A stretch of 64,000 bases of DNA from a virus. The notes under the pieces are model-generated. The model did not search any database, was not told where the DNA came from, and worked only from the letters and a program-made list of their open reading frames with translations. The translations under genes and the position numbers were made by a program. Shown here one piece after another: positions 9,129 to 18,760 of this stretch (position 1 is its first letter; every line of letters starts with the position of its first letter). Location: positions 32,001-96,000 of IMG/VR virus record IMGVR_UViG_3300020450_000010. One strand, 5' to 3'.

Positions 9129-10725
9129 TTCTTATATTATCTAATTGACCTGTAATTTGAAAAAACTTATCCCAATGTTGTGTATTTGCTTCTTTCTTCC
9201 ACATATGATCTAACACTGCATTTAAATGTTTTTTGGTTGCTTGCCGCCAAAAACGATTATCATTTTCAGGCCATTTTTTATCTATGGCTTGTTTGAACTG
9301 AATATAACGTTGTTCAATAAACTGTTTAACTTCATTGGGTAGATTTTGTATATTCATCCAATCTGGGCCATAAAGCATACTAATATTAAACCAGTCTTGT
9401 AAACGTGCAAAATTTTGTTCTTTATGCCACCATACAAAGTCTAAGACATGCAATACATTGTATATGCTTAATGTCAAAGCAACAGAAGCACTTACTCTAT
9501 CAAATCCATCTTCTTTATCAATCCTATTCATTCCTCGCAGTGCTTTGTTCCATTTGCCTGGATATCGCATGTATTCAAAATGTTCATACATACCGTCTAA
9601 GCTCATTCCTATTCCCACATGTCTAAAATGTTTCCATTGATCAAAAACTTTCATTGGCACACCTGCCATATTTGTATTGTATTCTAAATGCACCTTATGT
9701 GCAAGACCTTTTTCAATGATTATGTCTAACAGTTGTCTATGTTTTAAATTGATTGTTGGTTCTCCACCTGTAAAATAGTATCTATCAATATTTTCAATGT
9801 TGTCAATAATGTGTGTAAAGAGTCCACTGTCTTCCCACCAATTGTTTATTTCTGGTACATCATATTTTCCGTTTTTGTCTTTTTCAATATACATCATTGC
9901 GTGATCTCTATAGGAAAATCCGCCTGGTTTTTTGTCAGGTTCCCATTCTTCTGTCAACTTGTAAAAGTCTTCGTACCATAGGTTACTATCTGTTGGACCA
10001 CAGCTACGGCATGCTAGATTACATTTGTTTCCAAAACGAAGATCTAGGTATTGTAAAGGAAATTGTTTACTATCAATTGTTCCATCGGGTTTGGTATTGA
10101 CAAGTGCTCTTTCAAATAAACTAGGATATTTGTCCTTGGTACCTACACGTCTACTATTCACGCCCGTTGCTTCTTGCATTGTACAAAGTTTACAAATACT
10201 AGGATCAATACCTTTTAGCATTGCACTACGTATTTCTTTTAGTGCTGGATGATTTCTATATGCTTCTGGATCATCACTGCCGGTATATGCTTCTTTAACA
10301 TTGCTGTCAGAATTTTCCTTGTACAAAGTACCGTACTTGGGTTCTATATCATTCTGTGTCATTTGACAACACATTCTTACACTACCATCTGCATTTGTAG
10401 CAATATGATTCCAAGGAATAGTGCAAAAAACTTTCCAACGTTGGTCTTTGGCTTCATATTCTCTGAGAATTTTTTTTTGTTTTAAAACTGTATCGTCTTT
10501 TTCTTCTAATCTATCTTTAAGTATAGATCTAATTTTATCATTTAGGTTTGGTAGAAAATAAATTGATTCAAGAACTAGTTGATCCTGGTCATAAGTTGCT
10601 ACAGTTTCTAAAACATCTAAGGGACAATCTGGATCTTCGACCATGGTACAACGTTCCTGCATTGTACGAAATATAGCAGGATCTAAACTAAATTTATCAT
10701 GTTTTTGTTCTTCTGTAGTTTCCAA
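9016..10725 (-). CDS. Radical SAM protein with N-terminal twitch/SPASM-like domain and a ~100-aa N-terminal extension
   Basis: CTIPW..DGSVRMCC...CKLC, then LDLRFGNKCNLACRSC, GGEP, YNTN and SLDG; TTG start with GGAAGAG upstream. Confidence 0.9.
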   Translation of the reverse strand: METTEEQKHDKFSLDPAIFRTMQERCTMVEDPDCPLDVLETVATYDQDQLVLESIYFLPNLNDKIRSILKDRLEEKDDTVLKQKKILREYEAKDQRWKVFCTIPWNHIATNADGSVRMCCQMTQNDIEPKYGTLYKENSDSNVKEAYTGSDDPEAYRNHPALKEIRSAMLKGIDPSICKLCTMQEATGVNSRRVGTKDKYPSLFERALVNTKPDGTIDSKQFPLQYLDLRFGNKCNLACRSCGPTDSNLWYEDFYKLTEEWEPDKKPGGFSYRDHAMMYIEKDKNGKYDVPEINNWWEDSGLFTHIIDNIENIDRYYFTGGEPTINLKHRQLLDIIIEKGLAHKVHLEYNTNMAGVPMKVFDQWKHFRHVGIGMSLDGMYEHFEYMRYPGKWNKALRGMNRIDKEDGFDRVSASVALTLSIYNVLHVLDFVWWHKEQNFARLQDWFNISMLYGPDWMNIQNLPNEVKQFIEQRYIQFKQAIDKKWPENDNRFWRQATKKHLNAVLDHMWKKEANTQHWDKFFQITGQLDNIRNEKFSDVCPELLQVFRDVKEKESRKKSATLASVGKKR

Positions 10726-10736
10726 AATATCTCTTC

Positions 10737-11372
10737 CTAACTATTTAACAACAGTTTTTTATTGCCATCTATCCATTTTTGTAAATCAGAATCAAAATTT
10801 ATTTTATCTAAATCTGGAAAAATTGGTACAAGTTGATCACTTATAGTGCTTGTAGTCAAATTTTTAATATCTATTATATATGAATTTTGAAAGTGTCCTG
10901 CGTACTTCATCACATCTGTGTTTATTAAAGTGGCATGAAAATCTTTGAAAAAATCTTGTTCTGTTTGCGTTATATTTATTTTTTTTAATTTTTGATAACA
11001 TAACCTTGTCCAATATCTATAGTTACAATTTACAACTAAGCAAATACAATTAAAACTTTTAGGCCAATAATCAAATACATCAACTGTATAGTGATCCTTG
11101 TATAGATTGAGTTTTGTTGGATCATCTTCTCCTTTATAGTGTTCTGTATAATAATTTTTATTTTCTAATCCTACCTTACTATAAGTTACTTTGGATACAC
11201 TGGACCATCTATTATTATTAATTTTCTTCTCAGTATCTTCATGGTGTAGACTAACCGTTAATCGATTGAACTGCGGAACATGTTTTGTAAGTATTCCACT
11301 CAAATACTCTCCACCAGTACCAGGGTGATACAACAATACATAATCATTGTTGTTGGAAAAAGGAAATTTCAT
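10737..11372 (-). CDS. Hypothetical protein, P-loop/sulfotransferase-like
   Basis: ORF with 'VLLYHPGTGGEYLS'; ATG at 11372 preferred over GTG at 11378. Confidence 0.5.
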   Translation of the reverse strand: MKFPFSNNNDYVLLYHPGTGGEYLSGILTKHVPQFNRLTVSLHHEDTEKKINNNRWSSVSKVTYSKVGLENKNYYTEHYKGEDDPTKLNLYKDHYTVDVFDYWPKSFNCICLVVNCNYRYWTRLCYQKLKKINITQTEQDFFKDFHATLINTDVMKYAGHFQNSYIIDIKNLTTSTISDQLVPIFPDLDKINFDSDLQKWIDGNKKLLLNS

Positions 11373-12771
11373 TCTCACTGTATCCTACTAGTTTACTTGC
11401 ATCATCTAAGGCCCTGATAGGCACTAAACTTATTGCACCAATTTGTCTATTATTTGCACCCAAAGTATCTAGTCCCAACTCAATTATTTTTTCTTTGAAC
11501 TCACTTGCTCTATCCAAATAACCAGGAGGAGTCATCAATTTAATTTCTAACCAATGATCTTTGTTTACTTGCTTATGGTGATTTATGATAGCTTCACAGT
11601 TTTCTATAAATCTTTGTTCGTTACCAGGAAATTTATCCATGCTTCCAAAGTGTGCAGACATATTAATACTATTAATATATTTTACAGCTTCGCTCCAAAA
11701 CTTTTTGCTACGGCTTCCATTTGTTGTTACTAATACCCATTGTTTTTTGTAATTTAGATGTTTGAGTATATCCATAAATTGTGGATGCATACTGGGTTCA
11801 CCACCACCAAAGTTCCAGCGTATTTCATCTCCTTCTGCCCAGTGATCCACTGCTTTATCAATTGTTTGAATAATTTTTTCATAAGCATGATGTGGTTCCA
11901 CATTGTTGTGTACACTGGGCCAACAATAATCACAATCGTAATTACAACGTCTAGTAATATCCCAAAGTATTTGATGTACAATAGGAAAGTTCATTTCCAT
12001 TCCGTGAGGATTTTCAATTTGGTTATTTGTGTTGAAGCCATGTTTTTGTCCCTCAAAACCAAGATTAGTTACAAAAAGTTTTCCAACACTGGATACAGTT
12101 TTTGCTTTGCTTAATATTACATCTGCTCCACAGCCACAGCTTGTATAAGGACATTTTAACCATGTGTCAGGAGCTTCCCAATCTGTATAGATACTACCAA
12201 GTAATCCCCAGTCTTTGTCTTCAACAGTTGTTTTATAACTCCAGTTCTCAGGTGACTTAAGAAACTGCTTGTATAACTGATTGTTTCGATCACCAACATG
12301 TAGATACTTGTCAGGACTAAAGAACTCTGCTTCAAGCCTTGCTATCTCTGCCATTAACTTGTGTTGCTGTTCGCTATCTTTATGATTATACTTGGGCATA
12401 GGCCACCCATTTACTGTATTTTCATTAAGCCATTTTTTACGAAGTTCGCAATTAGGATCATCAGTGCCTATTATTGATTCACGATACTCTTTCCAAGCAT
12501 CTTCCAAATGTTGTTCATGATTTTGTTTAGTTTGTTTGTGAAAGTCGTTAATACGTTTAGTATGTACTTTACCATAGAAGTTTGAACTTGCACAATTAGC
12601 AACCCATACATTGCCGTCATAATCTATATAAAGATTACGTGCACCTGCACTACAATGCCAGTCTTTCCAATGATTCAGCCCCTGTGCAATAATTTCATCA
12701 ACTGAAAATAATTTGTAATTTGCATGATTATCATACAGTCTAAGTTGTTTATTATCTGTTGGTTGTTCCAT
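11344..12771 (-). CDS. Radical SAM protein with the SPASM-like domain N-terminal to the core
   Basis: N-terminal CSAG..LYIDYDGNV..ANC...CPYTSCGCGAD; C-terminal WDITRRCNYDCDYC, GGEP and TTNGSR. Confidence 0.88.
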   Translation of the reverse strand: MEQPTDNKQLRLYDNHANYKLFSVDEIIAQGLNHWKDWHCSAGARNLYIDYDGNVWVANCASSNFYGKVHTKRINDFHKQTKQNHEQHLEDAWKEYRESIIGTDDPNCELRKKWLNENTVNGWPMPKYNHKDSEQQHKLMAEIARLEAEFFSPDKYLHVGDRNNQLYKQFLKSPENWSYKTTVEDKDWGLLGSIYTDWEAPDTWLKCPYTSCGCGADVILSKAKTVSSVGKLFVTNLGFEGQKHGFNTNNQIENPHGMEMNFPIVHQILWDITRRCNYDCDYCWPSVHNNVEPHHAYEKIIQTIDKAVDHWAEGDEIRWNFGGGEPSMHPQFMDILKHLNYKKQWVLVTTNGSRSKKFWSEAVKYINSINMSAHFGSMDKFPGNEQRFIENCEAIINHHKQVNKDHWLEIKLMTPPGYLDRASEFKEKIIELGLDTLGANNRQIGAISLVPIRALDDASKLVGYSENEISFFQQQ

Positions 12772-13427
12772 TATTTTACTACTTCTTCAGGAAAGAAAAT
12801 TGCATCTTTACAGAACTCTTGTGCATGTTGATGTTGTTTGTACCCTAAATTATTTAAAATCTTTACTATAAGGTGATCATTTCCATCTGTCACAATAGTT
12901 GGACGATATTTAGATATAACTTCTTTTGCTCCCAAAATTGCTTCTGCATCTGCACCTTCGAGATCAGTTTTTAAAAAATCAATAGGAGTATCTATTATAT
13001 CATCTATTTTAGTTGTGGTGAGCTTGCACTCACTGATATTTGTTTGCGTTTCGGGATTGCTGAGATTGTGAAATAAGAAACTTTTATATAAAGACCCTAG
13101 TGCAGGATCGTCTTCGGGTCTATAAAAAGTTAACTCATCTCCAGTTGATGAATATAAACAGTGAGAAATTAAATTAACATTATCAATGTTATCCAAATGT
13201 TTATGAGCATTAGGACTAATTACAGCATCTATACTAGTAACTTGATCAAATATGTCCGCATATACCATACTGTATGTGCCATTGGCGCCGATACCACAAT
13301 CAACAGCATGTATCCATCTATTGTTAAACTTACCATGTACTATTAGAGGATAATACAATGTTGTGTGTCCAATCTTAAGGTGTTCACTGTAAGCTACTGG
13401 ATCAACGTTATAATTTATTAGGCTCAT
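12771..13427 (-). CDS. FkbM-family methyltransferase
   Basis: AVDCGIGANG, TTKIDD, IDFLKTDLEGADAEAILGA and KYRPTI motifs. Confidence 0.8.
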   Translation of the reverse strand: MSLINYNVDPVAYSEHLKIGHTTLYYPLIVHGKFNNRWIHAVDCGIGANGTYSMVYADIFDQVTSIDAVISPNAHKHLDNIDNVNLISHCLYSSTGDELTFYRPEDDPALGSLYKSFLFHNLSNPETQTNISECKLTTTKIDDIIDTPIDFLKTDLEGADAEAILGAKEVISKYRPTIVTDGNDHLIVKILNNLGYKQHQHAQEFCKDAIFFPEEVVK

Positions 13428-14038
13428 TATTTGTTTTCCAATACAACTCTTATTACACCAAAAAGAGGATCTTTTAGCACTGCTTCATTGTATATTGCAT
13501 TGGTATCTATTTCAAGTTTATCTAAATGCGTATTACTATACATCTGGTCATTTTTTAAATATCGACTTATATCTTGTTTGGTTTGTTCTTTTTGTCCATG
13601 CCAAAAGTAATGTACATTTCCAAGTTTTTGCCAACGTTTTTTATTTTTCCATTCATCTATGTTTTGATTTTCGTTTAGACTGATGTACATCCTATTGCAT
13701 TTGTTCAGTGCTTGTTTGATATTTTTTTCGATATCGTTCCAATGCAAGCTGTTTACAGCAATACCATATTTGTACTCTGGCAATTTTTCCCATGCTTCAT
13801 CATATTGCCAACCAAAAATGTCTGCTTCATTTGTCCGATCCATTCCAACAATATTTTTAAAAAATAATTTTAGATTGTTCTCACCACATCCTATATCAAG
13901 TATGTCATACCAATCATGACATTCAGTAATAAAACTATACAAAGGTTTAATAGTACAAAAAGGCAAGAATTCACTTCTTCTTGCTGTGTGTCTTAGTCTA
14001 ACTATATATTGCCAAGTTTCATCATATAATTGTATCAT
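13427..14038 (-). CDS. Class I SAM-dependent methyltransferase-like protein
   Basis: ILDIGCGENNLK, IVGMD and AVNSLHW motifs. Confidence 0.75.
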   Translation of the reverse strand: MIQLYDETWQYIVRLRHTARRSEFLPFCTIKPLYSFITECHDWYDILDIGCGENNLKLFFKNIVGMDRTNEADIFGWQYDEAWEKLPEYKYGIAVNSLHWNDIEKNIKQALNKCNRMYISLNENQNIDEWKNKKRWQKLGNVHYFWHGQKEQTKQDISRYLKNDQMYSNTHLDKLEIDTNAIYNEAVLKDPLFGVIRVVLENK

Positions 14039-15033
14039 TCTTCTATCACATATCTATTTCTTGGTAATAATTTCTTACTCATTATGTCAAAATTACAATG
14101 ACACATAGATTTATTGCACATCACAGGCTTTGTGGGCCAGCGTATATATTCAGGCATTTTCATATTGCCAAATGCACCGCCTACTCTACACCAACCAATC
14201 ATTACACTGCCATCAAAGTCAACAACAATTTGTTCTATACCACTCCAACACAACCAGCCTTTCCAGTTGTTAGTTTTGTCATTGATAAATCTGTGGGCAC
14301 TGCTATTCTGATTAAGTTCGTTTACGTCATCATGCATTTGCATACTGCCGCGATAAATTTTCCATTGCTTTGTGTGCTTTATTTTACTTCCTAAATTATG
14401 CCACTGTCTGTCTATATATTCAGTTTGCCAATCTTCATAACTGTATAATGTCTCGCCAAAATCAATAATTAATGGTTGTAGTGCTAAACTGATATTTGGA
14501 ATTTCAATTACATCTTCAGCAACTTCTTGACAACGAGGCCATATCTCTGGATCATAATGCATCATTACATTTACATGTGTTCTGCATTGTTCACTCATAA
14601 TTTTAACGACTTCTACAAAATGGTCTGCTTTTCCTTCTTCAGGATGAAAACTTAAACATACATGATCAAAAATGTGCTTATGCTTTTCCCACCACCGTAT
14701 GGTTCTACTACTATTACTAATAAAACCTATATCATGTCCTATTTCTTTAATGTATTCAGCACCCTTAATAAAATCTCGCCATAAGGTAACTTCACCTCCT
14801 GTAAATTCAAAATAAATTTTACGTGGAGAGTAATGTTCTACAACACTATCTATAAAATCTTTAACTACTTGAAAATCGTTCCAACCAAAACTACCATCAT
14901 GCAATATGCTGGGACAATAACTGCATTTGAAATTGCACATATTGCCTAAGTTCCAATTTACTACTACCCAGTCTTTACATTCAGGATGATGATGGTCCAA
15001 TCTATTGTAGAAATTCTGTGGACCTAGTGGCAT
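14035..15033 (-). CDS. Radical SAM protein with C-terminal SPASM/twitch-like domain
   Basis: WNLGNMCNFKCSYC, TGGEV and SNSSR; C-terminal CWSG..IVVDFDGSV..GWC...CNKSMCHCNFD. Confidence 0.9.
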   Translation of the reverse strand: MPLGPQNFYNRLDHHHPECKDWVVVNWNLGNMCNFKCSYCPSILHDGSFGWNDFQVVKDFIDSVVEHYSPRKIYFEFTGGEVTLWRDFIKGAEYIKEIGHDIGFISNSSRTIRWWEKHKHIFDHVCLSFHPEEGKADHFVEVVKIMSEQCRTHVNVMMHYDPEIWPRCQEVAEDVIEIPNISLALQPLIIDFGETLYSYEDWQTEYIDRQWHNLGSKIKHTKQWKIYRGSMQMHDDVNELNQNSSAHRFINDKTNNWKGWLCWSGIEQIVVDFDGSVMIGWCRVGGAFGNMKMPEYIRWPTKPVMCNKSMCHCNFDIMSKKLLPRNRYVIEE

Positions 15034-16026
15034 CTATGTATCTTCGACTCCTATATCATCAACGACTTGTGCCTCGGTAATCATTGCACCAAGTCTGTGA
15101 GGATTTTTATAAACAGCTTTGAAGAATCGACTTGCAACGGGATCCATATCACTTATTTCTAAGTCTAACACTCCTCGTAACTCACTTCCTAGCCTAACTG
15201 TTTCCTCTTTTAGTTTATTTAAGTCCCATGTCGCACCAGTGTTAACACACATCTGATCACCGCCTTCGAATTTGGGAAATAATTCAGTTTGAAAATAATT
15301 ACTTAACCAATCAAAATCTCTAACGTTTTTCCAGTCCCAATCATGCCTTTGAATATTGGTCATATAGCATCCTAGTCTGGATCCGTATATTGCCCATAGT
15401 CCGTTTGTAACATCTTCTCCAATACTCATCCACACCAAAAGTCTTTTATAATTTTCTCTATATATTCTTTTTATATCTTGTGGATCAACAACATCACCGT
15501 TTTCCAAACCCATCTTTACACCTTCACGGAAACCTGCTCTCCAGGCTTGTAGTGGTGAACCATTGTTCATTACATCACAGTACACATTGTTCATTTGCAC
15601 ATAATGGATATTCCAACAAAAGTCAACCTGTGCTCTTTTATCACTTTGCGGGGCCGCTTCATGTGTACGCATTTGATTTACTACATCAACGGGCCAACAT
15701 TTGATACCACCATTTCCATATACTAATCCATTCACTGTATTTTTTCCAGCCCAACTAATTACATCAACTGCTCTAATACGGTCCATGTCAATTTCAATAT
15801 TGAAAAAATCTTCTCTTACAATATTATCAGCATCTACTGTAATAAACCTATCTGTATCACATAATGCCGCCGCCGCTTTGTGTGCGGCATCACTTCCCCA
15901 TACACCATGACTACGTTTTGCCCAAGGACATTTGTTAAGCAAATCATTAAAATTTTGTTCAGCGTTAGGTTCATCATAACTAATAAAAACTATATCAAAT
16001 TCAGTTATAGGTACAAGGTTACTCAT
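15034..16026 (-). CDS. Glycosyltransferase-like protein (GT-A fold)
   Basis: DIVFISYDEPNA start, 'FITVDADN' DxD motif, YGNGGIK and AWRAGFREGVK. Confidence 0.7.
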   Translation of the reverse strand: MSNLVPITEFDIVFISYDEPNAEQNFNDLLNKCPWAKRSHGVWGSDAAHKAAAALCDTDRFITVDADNIVREDFFNIEIDMDRIRAVDVISWAGKNTVNGLVYGNGGIKCWPVDVVNQMRTHEAAPQSDKRAQVDFCWNIHYVQMNNVYCDVMNNGSPLQAWRAGFREGVKMGLENGDVVDPQDIKRIYRENYKRLLVWMSIGEDVTNGLWAIYGSRLGCYMTNIQRHDWDWKNVRDFDWLSNYFQTELFPKFEGGDQMCVNTGATWDLNKLKEETVRLGSELRGVLDLEISDMDPVASRFFKAVYKNPHRLGAMITEAQVVDDIGVEDT

Positions 16027-17033
16027 TAGTTTTCTCCTAAATTCATATCGAAGGTAATGTTCTTATGTTCTTCTCGTGTCATAATTTTACACGTTTTTAA
16101 ATCCATATCAGTATTAAGTATAACTTCTTGATTATATCCTACATCATTGAAAGGAATATGCAACATACCATTAAGTATATTTACATTGTTTTCATTTAGT
16201 ACATACAAAAATATATCTCCATATATTTTTTGTTCTGCTGGTTGCACAAAATTACTTCTAAGATAAAATTTATCTTCCTTGGGAATTATAGTAAAAGTAT
16301 TTGTAACTTGTTGATCTTGTTCTGTAATATCATGTATTAATCTTCTTTTATCTCTTCTTCTACTAAATTCAGCTCTGACAAAATTTTGTTTTCTTTTGAC
16401 TCCATAAGTTTTAAATATTTTTTTTGTTAATACAGTGATTTCACCAAGTCCACAGACAGGTCTAAGTTTATGCAAGTCGTATAAAATATAACCACTGCTC
16501 ACTAATTTTTTTGTATCTATCTCTATTGTGCCAATCAAATAATTAGGATCATTCTGTTTTATAAGAAATAATTGTATGTTATCATACTTTCCTTCGTTGT
16601 CTTGATTCACTGAAATATGTTTATGGAATCTTCTACCTGTCATCCTATACAGTGTATCTTCGTTGAAGTTGACTTCCATTTTCCAACTGTTGATGTAAAA
16701 TATTATATTTACATCTTGATTATTTTTGACTATTGGTAGTTTACTTAGAAAATTTTCAGCAGATCTAATTCTAATGCTTTCAGTTTTTTCCACTAATTTA
16801 AATCCATCGGTTAGTTCAATTACAGAATATTTCTGTGGATTAAGATCTCCAGTTAGTATTTTTCTTGCATCCTCAGATGTTGTATATACATATGGATATT
16901 TTATTTCTTCTCTAGGTCTATTTGTAACTGTAATTACTTCTTCCGTGAAATCATCAAAATACACACAAAATCTATGCGGAGTATCTTTTTCGTGTTTAGT
17001 GCTAACAAGAGGATTATGAACTTCTATAGACAT
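16026..17033 (-). CDS. Hypothetical protein (335 aa)
   Basis: Long ORF coupled to its neighbours; no recognised motif. Confidence 0.75.
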   Translation of the reverse strand: MSIEVHNPLVSTKHEKDTPHRFCVYFDDFTEEVITVTNRPREEIKYPYVYTTSEDARKILTGDLNPQKYSVIELTDGFKLVEKTESIRIRSAENFLSKLPIVKNNQDVNIIFYINSWKMEVNFNEDTLYRMTGRRFHKHISVNQDNEGKYDNIQLFLIKQNDPNYLIGTIEIDTKKLVSSGYILYDLHKLRPVCGLGEITVLTKKIFKTYGVKRKQNFVRAEFSRRRDKRRLIHDITEQDQQVTNTFTIIPKEDKFYLRSNFVQPAEQKIYGDIFLYVLNENNVNILNGMLHIPFNDVGYNQEVILNTDMDLKTCKIMTREEHKNITFDMNLGEN

Positions 17034-17862
17034 TTATGACTTCATCAGTTAAAAAATTTTCATCGCAGTAATGGATAATACCACTTGTGATAATGTGATT
17101 TTCGATTTGTATCTTACCGTTCGAACTAATCCAATAATTCAACATTTCAGTCCATTCTTTTGGTAAATCTTCAGTCCAAACACCTTGACAGTCTGCATGT
17201 AAATCAAAATGATTGCCTACTAAAACTCCAATTTCGTCTTTAATATCTAAACAGTGCGTAACTAAATTACACAAAATATTTTTATCAAATGTACCAGGTT
17301 TCTTATCAGTAAAAAATCTATTATATGCACTTCTCCAATTTTGCATAATTGGATCTGCCATCTTGAACCATTCTAATGCTAGTTGTGTATCATTTTTCCA
17401 ATAAATCATATTGTTAAAAAATTTTGGTAAATCATACAAAGACTCAAATTCAAATCTATATGTATTGTCTATAGAATAGTTTCTGTAACTTAATGCATTT
17501 TGTGGCACAGCAAAGTCGCCTTTAGAACTCATTATATCCCATAATAAATCTATATCTATGTTGTGTAATAGAGTGTCTGAATCAACATATATTGTTTCAT
17601 CAAACGGACTACAATGAAACATTTGCCAAATATTCATTCCATGAAAACCATCTACGTGAGCACTATTTCCAAAAGGTAACTCAACAATATAATCAAAAAC
17701 CAACAAATAGTCTTTAGGCACCAGATCACTTTTGCCTTTGTCAACAACCAAACATGTTAAAGAATCTGGATCACTATGCTTAATACTACTTGCAAGTGCA
17801 TAACTGTGATATATCCTATCTTTTTCCGTATCTATGCCAAGTGTAATAAATCCTTTAGACAC
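17014..17862 (-). CDS. Nucleotide-diphospho-sugar transferase-like protein (GT-A)
   Basis: SPFDETIYVDSD (DxD) and IIHY; paralogous to 17855..18760. GTG at 17862 follows a GAGGAG RBS; the ORF track start is 17877. Confidence 0.7.
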   Translation of the reverse strand: MSKGFITLGIDTEKDRIYHSYALASSIKHSDPDSLTCLVVDKGKSDLVPKDYLLVFDYIVELPFGNSAHVDGFHGMNIWQMFHCSPFDETIYVDSDTLLHNIDIDLLWDIMSSKGDFAVPQNALSYRNYSIDNTYRFEFESLYDLPKFFNNMIYWKNDTQLALEWFKMADPIMQNWRSAYNRFFTDKKPGTFDKNILCNLVTHCLDIKDEIGVLVGNHFDLHADCQGVWTEDLPKEWTEMLNYWISSNGKIQIENHIITSGIIHYCDENFLTDEVINVYRSS

Positions 17863-18760
17863 TACTATTCTCCTCAAACATGGTGTTTATATTTTCAATC
17901 TGTCTATCAAATGCACGTTTGTTCATAAGATGCATATTTGTGTTTGTATGCCTACACAAAATATTTTTCCATGCTTCAAGTCTATTGTGTTTTAAAAATA
18001 CAAAATCGTTTAAACTGTTTAGCTTTACAATATCATCCTTTTGATCCATATTAAGCAATGGAGTGCTTTTAAAATCATCCATGAATACTTCATTTTGAAA
18101 ACCGTTGATCATATGACTAGCAATACTAACACAGAAATCTGTCCTAAATAGTGACTTTGGAAACTGATACAAAAGACTGTAATATTCCCAATTGTCTTTT
18201 ACATGACTCCAAATATCAAAAAACATTTTACTATGTTCGCTTTGATCAAAGTATACAACTGTACTCCACCAATGATTAATTCCTGCTCTATTAAGCATCA
18301 TTTCATCTTGATATGGTAGTTCACCTCCAAGATATTCTGCTGTTCTGTGCATAGCTACTGGAGTGTTTGTTTCAAATATATAATCATAAAAATTATTTTG
18401 TACAATAAAATCCGTATCAATCAATAGTGTACGTTCAAAAGGTGTATATTCAATTACTTTATGTTTATTTGAATTTTGAAACTGTGCAGTAAATTCTGAC
18501 CACGGACTGTCGTGATGCACTCTAGGATTACTAATATGTTCATCTTTAGTAATTATTACATAGTCAAAACAATAATCAATTGTCTGTTGACTTAAACTTT
18601 GTTTCATCCAGTTTTCAGTTCCTTCGTTGGTTATCAAAGCAACTTGATTATTTTTCATATTTCTTTTGACAAATTTACTTACAACACTTGCAAACTTAGC
18701 ATAGTCCAATTGTTCATTGTTGTAGGCAAAAATACATACGCCATTGCCATTTTTATCCAT
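17855..18760 (-). CDS. Nucleotide-diphospho-sugar transferase-like protein (GT-A)
   Basis: GVCIFAYNN, TPFERTLLIDTD (DxD), WSTVVYF, FRTDF and HLMNK motifs. Confidence 0.72.
   Translation of the reverse strand: MDKNGNGVCIFAYNNEQLDYAKFASVVSKFVKRNMKNNQVALITNEGTENWMKQSLSQQTIDYCFDYVIITKDEHISNPRVHHDSPWSEFTAQFQNSNKHKVIEYTPFERTLLIDTDFIVQNNFYDYIFETNTPVAMHRTAEYLGGELPYQDEMMLNRAGINHWWSTVVYFDQSEHSKMFFDIWSHVKDNWEYYSLLYQFPKSLFRTDFCVSIASHMINGFQNEVFMDDFKSTPLLNMDQKDDIVKLNSLNDFVFLKHNRLEAWKNILCRHTNTNMHLMNKRAFDRQIENINTMFEENSSV

Noticed and set aside
5812-15033. RiPP precursor peptide for the SPASM/twitch enzymes
   Set aside because: Genes abut or overlap, leaving no same-strand small ORF with its own RBS; a precursor elsewhere in the genome cannot be excluded.
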